Source of the DNA: Candidatus Rokuibacteriota bacterium
GTDB lineage: Bacteria > Methylomirabilota > Methylomirabilia > Rokubacteriales > DASRDR01
Assembly: GCA_044866005.1 (NCBI GenBank)
Contig: JBIOTN010000245.1
Coordinates: 1-21,926, forward strand
DNA length: 21,926 nt
Direction: 5' to 3'
The notes beneath the pieces were generated by a model. It saw only the letters and a list, made by a program, of their open reading frames with translations, was not told the DNA's origin and ran no database searches. Within the stretch, counting starts at the first letter, position 1. Each line of letters begins with the position of its first letter. A program made the translations under genes and the position numbers. Of this stretch, positions 15,963 through 21,926 are shown piece after piece.

Positions 15963-17219
15963 TCACCGGGCGGCCCGCCACTCTGCCTCGAGCTGCGCGC
16001 GGAAGCGCGGATGCGCCAGCTCGATGAGCGCGCGGGCCCGTTGCTCGACGCTCCGCCCTCGCAGCTCGGCCCGGCCGAACTCGGTGACGACCCAGTCGGT
16101 GAGGTGTCGCGGCGTCGTGACCTTCGCGCCCCGGCCGAGCCGGGTGACGATCCGCGAGATCTCGCCACCGCGTCCGGTGGCCGGCAGCGCGATGATGGAT
16201 CGGCCGCCCCGCGACCAGGAGGCGGCCTCCACGAAGTCGAACTGCCCTCCGACGCCGGCGACCTGACGGTCGCCCACGGACTCGGCGTTGACCTGGCCCG
16301 TCAGGTCCACCTCGATCGCCGAGTTGATCGAGACGAACCGCTCGAGGGTCGCAACCGCGCGCGGGTCGTGGATCAACGACGACGGCGCCATGCTGACAGC
16401 CGGGTTCTCGTGGACGAAGCGGAAGAGTGGCTCGGTCCCCATGATCTCGCCCAGGTCCATCCGGCCCGCGTTTCGACTCTTCCGGGCGTTCGTGATGATC
16501 CCTCGCTCGAGGAGCGGCAGCATCGCGTCGACCAGGAGCGAGTGGATGCCGAGGTCCCGCCGGTCGCCGAGGCCCGCGACCACCGCCTCGGGGACCGAGC
16601 CGATGCCGATCTGAACCGTGGCCGCGTCCGGGACGAGCTCGGCAACGTGCCGCGCGATGAGCCGCTCGGTCTCGCCGGCCTCGGGCGACGGGTACGGCCT
16701 GAGCGGCCGGTCCGTCTCCACCCGGGCGCTCAGCTGGCCGGGCTCGAGGTGGCTGTCGCCCCGCGTCCGTGGCATCCGGTGGTTCACCTCGGCGATCACG
16801 AGCGGTGCGACGCGGGCCAGCGGGAGCGGATAGCTCGTGGAGACGCCCAGAGAGACGCGACCGTCGGCGTCCGGCGGTGCCGTGTGGACGAGCACCGCAT
16901 CGGCGGCCCAGGGTCCCCCCGGCCCGAAGAGCCACAGGGTATCGAGATACCGGGCCGGGACGAACTCGACCTGGCCGCGCCGGAGCGGCTCGCGGAGCGG
17001 CGGCGTCATGTGAAAGGTCACCCAGCGGAAGGCTTCGTGGTGCTGGGGCGTGCAGAAGGGATAGTCGCCCAGGAGCATGCCGCCCATCAGCGTGAGCGGT
17101 CCGAGCCGCGGCGCCTGGCGGACGATCTCGTCGATCAGCGTGCGCGGCTCGGCGCAGCCGGGCGGGAGGAGGACCCGCATCCCGGGGCGGAGGAGGCCGA
17201 TCGCCTCCTCGGCCGTCAC
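15963..17219 (-). CDS. Acetyl-CoA hydrolase/transferase family (4-hydroxybutyrate CoA-transferase-like)
   Basis: IAEVNHRMPRTRG, ATVQIGIGSVPEAV, SINSAIEVDLTGQVNAES, GVGGQFDF, VTTPRH, VVTEFGRAELRG, LAHPRFR. Confidence 0.92.
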   Translation of the reverse strand: MTAEEAIGLLRPGMRVLLPPGCAEPRTLIDEIVRQAPRLGPLTLMGGMLLGDYPFCTPQHHEAFRWVTFHMTPPLREPLRRGQVEFVPARYLDTLWLFGPGGPWAADAVLVHTAPPDADGRVSLGVSTSYPLPLARVAPLVIAEVNHRMPRTRGDSHLEPGQLSARVETDRPLRPYPSPEAGETERLIARHVAELVPDAATVQIGIGSVPEAVVAGLGDRRDLGIHSLLVDAMLPLLERGIITNARKSRNAGRMDLGEIMGTEPLFRFVHENPAVSMAPSSLIHDPRAVATLERFVSINSAIEVDLTGQVNAESVGDRQVAGVGGQFDFVEAASWSRGGRSIIALPATGRGGEISRIVTRLGRGAKVTTPRHLTDWVVTEFGRAELRGRSVEQRARALIELAHPRFRAQLEAEWRAAR

Positions 17220-17239
17220 CGCCGGCCCGCCGCGCCCGA

Positions 17240-18442
17240 TCAGGCGCCCCGTGGCCCGAGGGCGCGTCGGAGGAGGTCGAGGGTCATGAGGCAGGCGCGC
17301 ACCCGTACCTGGCGAAAGTCGCCGCCGAAGCGGTAGTCTCGCTCGACGGCCTGATCGGGCGTTGCCACGCCGATCCGGGTCGGGTGGACGAGCCCCGGCC
17401 CTGCGCCGGCCGGTGGACCCACGACCGCGGCCGCCCCGACCTCGCTCTTCCCCCAGCTCCGGACCGCCTGGGCCAGCTCGGCGGCGGTCCCGTCAGCCAC
17501 CCCGAGGCGCCGCGCGTCGGCCTCGTTGGCGGTGACGAGGGCCTGGAGGCGCTCGGCCACCCCGGGGACCGCGCTCAGTCGCTCGGCGACGAGACCGCCC
17601 GTCCCGGCCTCCAGCAGGGCAAGCCGGGCGCCGCGCTCGGTCAGGGCGGCCCCCACGACGCCTTCCAGGGTGTCGCCGTCCGCGCCGAAGACCAGATCGC
17701 CCAGCCGCTCCCGGATCACCGTCTCCACGGGCGCGATCAGGGTCCGCGCCGCCGCCTCGTCGGCGGCCTTCGCCGCGATCCGCACGTCGACCTGCCCGAG
17801 GTGCGCCATGGTGCCGACCGTCGGGTTGGCCCCGGTCGTCATGAAGTCGCCGAGAAGCTCGCCGACGCGGCTCTCGCCGAGCCCGCAGACCCTGAGGATC
17901 CGCGACACGATCGCGCCGCGGAGTCGGTAACGCTCCCGGAGGTAGGGCAGGACGCGCGCGAGGAGCAGGTGCTCCATCTCACGCGGCACGCCGGGCAGGC
18001 AGATGAGGGCCCGGGGGCCCTCCTCCACGATGAAGCAGGGGGCGGTGCCCACCGGATTCGCCAGCGGGAGTGCGCCCCCGGGGATGTAGGCCTGCCTACG
18101 ATTCGACGGGGAGAGTGCCAGGCCGCGGGCGCTGAAGAAGGCCTCGATGTCCTGGAGTAGCTCGGGCACGAAGACGAGATCCCTGCCCGTCGCTTGAGCA
18201 GCTGCCTCCCGCGTGACGTCATCCGCCGTCGGACCGAGCCCTCCTGTCGTGATCACGACATCGGCGCGGCGGAGCGCCGTGTCGAGGGCGAGGACGACCC
18301 GGCCCAGGTTGTCGCCGACCGTGGCCTTCTGGAAGACGTCGAGGCCGATGGCCGCCAAGTGCCTCGCAATAAAGGCGGCATTGGTATCGACGATCTGGCC
18401 GAGGAGCAACTCCGAGCCGATGCTGACGATCTCGGCGTGCAT
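17240..18442 (-). CDS. cinA: CinA-family protein (MocF-like N-terminal domain plus degenerate PncC domain)
   Basis: AEIVSIGSELLLGQIVDTNA, VGDN, TGGLGPTADDVT, NPVGTAP, LPGVPREM, GLGES. C-terminal domain diverged. Confidence 0.9.
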   Translation of the reverse strand: MHAEIVSIGSELLLGQIVDTNAAFIARHLAAIGLDVFQKATVGDNLGRVVLALDTALRRADVVITTGGLGPTADDVTREAAAQATGRDLVFVPELLQDIEAFFSARGLALSPSNRRQAYIPGGALPLANPVGTAPCFIVEEGPRALICLPGVPREMEHLLLARVLPYLRERYRLRGAIVSRILRVCGLGESRVGELLGDFMTTGANPTVGTMAHLGQVDVRIAAKAADEAAARTLIAPVETVIRERLGDLVFGADGDTLEGVVGAALTERGARLALLEAGTGGLVAERLSAVPGVAERLQALVTANEADARRLGVADGTAAELAQAVRSWGKSEVGAAAVVGPPAGAGPGLVHPTRIGVATPDQAVERDYRFGGDFRQVRVRACLMTLDLLRRALGPRGA

Positions 18443-18459
18443 CAGGGACCCGCGGCGGC

Positions 18460-18468
18460 ATGATAGCA
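18460..18468 (-). promoter_or_regulatory. Putative extended -10 element for cinA
   Basis: Minus strand reads TGcTATCAT, ending 17 nt before the cinA ATG. Confidence 0.45.
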
Positions 18469-18732
18469 CAGGGCATCCCCAGGGGCCGGGACCGGAGGCG
18501 GGAAGTTTGCAGGTCCAACATTCGTAGCAGGGCCGGAGTCAGCAGGGCTGGAAGGCCGTCCCGAGCCTGGCGCTGAGGCGTTTCATCAAATGCGGCAGGA
18601 AGTTGGCGCCAAGACGATGACATCACGTTTGAGCGTCTTCCCCGTGCACCGGATGGAAACTTTTTCGCTCTCCGGCTCGTCTCATGGAGGGCGGCAGCGG
18701 AGCGACCCAGCGCCCCCCAGAGGAAGGTGGCA

Positions 18733-20339
18733 ATGAGCCGACACGTGGTGGCTGAAATGACCCTGATCCGGCACAAGGCGAAGGCCCACGAGCTCGGCGA
18801 GGAGCTGGGAGGAGGCGTCGGCGCCCTGTCCGGAGAGCTCGTCCCGACCGACAAGGTCGAGGACGTCCTCGAAACCCTGAACCTGCCGGGGCCAGCCGCG
18901 GCGGATGAACCGGCCGCGCCCGCCGCCGAGGACCTCGAGGCGACACCCGAGGAAGAGGAGCCCGAGGTTCTCGAAGAGAGCCTGAGCCCGGAGGACCCGG
19001 TCCGCCTGTATCTCCGGGAGATCGGCCGGATCTCGCTTCTCACGGCCGAGCGCGAGGTCACGCTCGGGCAGCAGATCGAGCGAGGGCAGGAGCGCGTCCG
19101 CCGGGCGATCATGGCAGTCCCGCTCGTCCGGCAGGAGCTGGTCGCGCTGTCCGAGCGCCTGCGCAAGCACGAGGCCGAGCCCGAGGCGTTCCTCGAGGCG
19201 CCCGACGGCACCGAGCTGAGCGAGCCCGAGCTGCGGCGCGTCCTGGGCGTCTTCGCCCAGATCCGGCGCCTCGACCGGGAGCTCGGCGAGCTCGAGGCGG
19301 CGCGGCGGCGCGCGCGGAAGCTCGAGTCGCGCAAGGTGATCCAGGAATGGATGACCCACAACCACCGGACCCGGGTCCGGCTGCTCGGTAACCTGCCGCT
19401 CAAGCCGATGGTCGTCGAGCGCTGGGTCGGGCGGGTCAAGAGCCTCGCCCAGGAGCTCGGCGGGCTCGTGCGCCGGCTCGAGACGGGCACGGACGCCGCC
19501 GCCGACGGGGCCCGCGCCGCGGCCCGGCGGCGGATCCGGGAGATCGAGGCCGAGGTGGGCCTCCCCTACCGCCGGCTGGTCGCGTTCATGCGCGACGTGG
19601 AGGCCGGCGAGTTCGAGGTGCGCCTGGCGAAGAAGGCCCTCATGGAGGCGAACCTCCGCCTCGTCGTCTCGATCGCCAAGCGCTACCTGAACCACGACAT
19701 GCCGCTCCTGACCTCATCCAGGAGGGGAACATCGGGCTCATGAAGGCGGTCGACCGGTTCAAGTACCGCCGCGGCTTCAAGTTTTCGACGTACGCGACGT
19801 GGTGGATCCGCCAGGCCATCACGCGGGCGATCGCCGACCACGCGCGGACGATCCGCATCCCGGTCCACATGATCGAGACGCTGAACCGGCTCTCCCGCGT
19901 CAACCGCGGCCTCTTCCAGGAGCTCGGTCGCGAGCCGATGCCGGAAGAGATCGCCCGCCGGAGCGGTCTGCCGCTTCGAAAGGTGCGGCTGATCCTGGAG
20001 TCGTCCAAGAAACCCCTGTCGCTCGAGACCCCGATCGGCGAGGACTCGGACCTCGGCGACTTCCTCGAGGACAAGCAGACGCCCTCGCCGACGGACTCGC
20101 TGCTGAGCCAGGACCTGACCGCGCAGGTGGAGCGCGCCCTGTCGAGCCTGAGCCCGAAGGAAGCGGAGATCCTGCGCCTCCGGTTCGGGATCGGCGAAGA
20201 GGGCGAGCACACGCTGGAGGAGGTCGGCCAGCGGTTCGAGGTCACGCGCGAGCGGATTCGCCAGATCGAGGCGAAGGCGCTGCGGAAGCTCCGCTCGCCG
20301 CTCCGCGGGCGCGGGCTGAAGAGCTTCGTCGAGAATTAG
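18733..20339 (+). pseudogene. RpoD-like sigma-70 factor split by a 1-nt deletion at about 19710 (pseudogene or sequencing error)
   Basis: Region 1.2 DPVRLYLREIG and region 2.1 [14 protein letters not shown]. After the frame change: [30 protein letters not shown], and region 4 [27 protein letters not shown]. Confidence 0.88.
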
Positions 20340-20343
20340 TCCC

Positions 20344-20528
20344 GGAGGGGGCTCCGCCCCCCTCCCACGGCCCTCCGGACGAGGTCCGGCCCTTCGGCCG
20401 TTGATCTTCGCCTGGGCCGAGACGCGCTCGGCTTTCGGCCTCGCGGCCGTCCCGGCCTCTGGGGCCGAAGGGCTCGCGCCTGCCTCCCCCCAGCACACCT
20501 TGCCCGCGGCTTCCGGGAGGCCGCGGGC
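20344..20528 (+). repeat. Composite REP-like palindromic element, copy 1, between convergent genes
   Basis: Hairpin GGAGGGGG-ctccgc-CCCCCTCC (20344-20365), blocks shared with 21819-21926, and a strong hairpin at 20502-20528. Confidence 0.7.
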
Positions 20529-20580
20529 GCAGACGATCAAAGTCGACGAGCCGCTGGATCACTCGCGCATCCGTCCCCCT

Positions 20581-20796
20581 TCAGGCCAGGAGCGCGACGA
20601 CGTCTCCCTCCTGGACCGTCTGCCCTTCAGCAACCCGGATCGCCTGGATCGTGCCGGCCCGGGGCGCTTCGACCGGAATCTCCATCTTCATCGACTCCAG
20701 GATCAGGATCGGATCCCCGAGCCCGACCCGCGCGCCCGGCAGAGCCACGATCTGGAAGACCACGCCCGTGATGTGCGCCCGCACTTCCTCGGCCAT
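20581..20796 (-). CDS. Stand-alone biotin carboxyl carrier (biotin/lipoyl attachment) protein, 71 aa
   Basis: ILESMKMEIPVEAP biotinylation motif and VAEGQTVQEGD. Confidence 0.92.
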   Translation of the reverse strand: MAEEVRAHITGVVFQIVALPGARVGLGDPILILESMKMEIPVEAPRAGTIQAIRVAEGQTVQEGDVVALLA

Positions 20797-20894
20797 GTCC
20801 TCAGCGCCCCCTTTCCGGGAACCGCGTGGTCACGGCGGCGCCCCGGCGCGCGCGGCGTCGATTCTATCCCACCGCTCGCGGCACCGGCAACGGC

Positions 20895-21776
20895 TCAGAC
20901 GCGTTCCTTGAACTCGCGCCCGAGCAGCCCCTCCGGTCGCACGAGGAGCACGACGATGATGATCACGAAGGCCAACGTGTTCTTGAACTGGATCGTCAGA
21001 TAGGCCCCCGCCAGGCTTTCGGCCACCCCCAGGACGAGGCCGCCCACCACCGCGCCGGGAAGGCTGTTGAGCCCGCCGAGCACGGCCGCCGCGAAGCCCT
21101 TGAGGAACGGGTCGAGCATGAAGAACGGGTCGAGGAGGAGCGCCGCGGCCAGGAAGATCCCCGCCACGACCGCGAGCGCGGAGGCCACGCCCCAGGCGAC
21201 GGCGAGGATGCGGCGCGTGGGGATGCCCAGCGTCTGCGCCGCGGCGAGATTCTCCGAGGTGGCGCGCATGGCCAGGCCCAGGCGGGTCTTCTGCACCAGG
21301 AGGTAGAGGAGCACGCTCCCCAGCACTCCGGCGGCGAAGGTCCCGAGCGAGAGCTCGCTGACGAAGACGCCGCCGAGCCGCCACGTCCGGCTGTCGGAGA
21401 GCGGAAACGGCAGCCGGTCGGGCTCCGCGCCCCATTCGTAGACGATGAAGCCCTCCAGGACGAGCGCCAGGCCCAGGGTGATGATCACCTGGCCGAGCAG
21501 GGTCGCGCCCTGGCGCTGCGCCGGAAGGAGCACGCCGAAGTAGAAGAGCAGGGCGATGAGCCCTCCGGCGGCCACGGCGAGGGGCAGCGCGAGCGCGAAG
21601 GGATAGCCGCGGGTGAGGAGAGCGAAGGCGACGAAGCTGCCGAGCGTGGCCACCTGGCCATGGGCGAAGTTCAAGACCCGGGTGGAGCGGTAGATGAGGA
21701 CCAGGCCCAGGGCCACGAGCGCGTAGAGGCTGCCCGCCGACAGCCCGGTCAGCGCGTACTGGACGAACCGGGTCAT
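20895..21776 (-). CDS. livH: Branched-chain amino acid ABC transporter permease (LivH-like)
   Basis: ATG at 21776. GSLYALVALGLVLIY, NFAHG, KTRLGLAMRATSEN, FAAAVLGGL, LLVRPEGLLG. Confidence 0.88.
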   Translation of the reverse strand: MTRFVQYALTGLSAGSLYALVALGLVLIYRSTRVLNFAHGQVATLGSFVAFALLTRGYPFALALPLAVAAGGLIALLFYFGVLLPAQRQGATLLGQVIITLGLALVLEGFIVYEWGAEPDRLPFPLSDSRTWRLGGVFVSELSLGTFAAGVLGSVLLYLLVQKTRLGLAMRATSENLAAAQTLGIPTRRILAVAWGVASALAVVAGIFLAAALLLDPFFMLDPFLKGFAAAVLGGLNSLPGAVVGGLVLGVAESLAGAYLTIQFKNTLAFVIIIVVLLVRPEGLLGREFKERV

Positions 21777-21818
21777 GGTTGCGACCGTGCCCAGCCGGGC
21801 CGAGCACTGAGTCGGGTC

Positions 21819-21926
21819 CTGGGGGGAGGCAGGCCCGATGCGTTCGCCGCCACGGCCGGGACGCCGGCCCGGCCGCCGATCGAGCAGAACGCCGCCGGCG
21901 GACGCCACGAGGGCCGTCGGAGGGGG
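21819..21926 (-). repeat. Composite REP-like element, copy 2 (inverted, truncated by window end)
   Basis: Reverse complement ccccctccgacggccctc...cgtcccggcc...gcctgcctccccccag matches the blocks at 20358-20493. Confidence 0.7.

Noticed and set aside
19740..20339. Separate 199-aa sigma factor gene, or programmed frameshifting
   Set aside because: It starts mid region 2.2 and is the continuation of the upstream ORF. No slippery sequence at the junction.
20401..21003. 200-aa plus-strand ORF
   Set aside because: Spans repeat DNA and the antisense strand of the biotin carrier and livH genes. No motifs.
1..21926. CRISPR array, tRNA/rRNA, transposase or prophage genes
   Set aside because: No regularly spaced repeats, cloverleaf/rRNA signatures or mobile-element proteins recognised.

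Overview
Very GC-rich bacterial window. The intergenic G/C-run palindromes and gene content suggest Candidatus Rokubacteria / Methylomirabilota, which is inference only. Five blocks. (1) 1-3158 (+): end of an exopolysaccharide locus (partial deacetylase-like gene, wecB, YaiO-like beta-barrel, single-domain response regulator). (2) 3315-12366 (+): signalling island behind a candidate sigma-54 promoter, with REC-GAF-HD-GYP, REC, SAM methyltransferase, a secreted Cys-containing unknown protein, a GNAT overlapping a multi-TM/GAF histidine kinase, and a REC-GAF-GAF hybrid kinase. (3) RimI-like GNAT (+) converging on a minus-strand cNMP-binding protein / nucleoside hydrolase / ribokinase unit. (4) A SelW/Rdx selenoprotein missed by the ORF track (15700-15930; CxxU with in-frame UGA and SECIS-like hairpin), converging on cinA and an acetyl-CoA hydrolase/transferase (-). 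(5) A frameshifted RpoD-like sigma-70 paralogue (+), REP-like repeats, a biotin carrier protein and a LivH-like permease (-). Calls come from motif recognition by eye; no searches were run.
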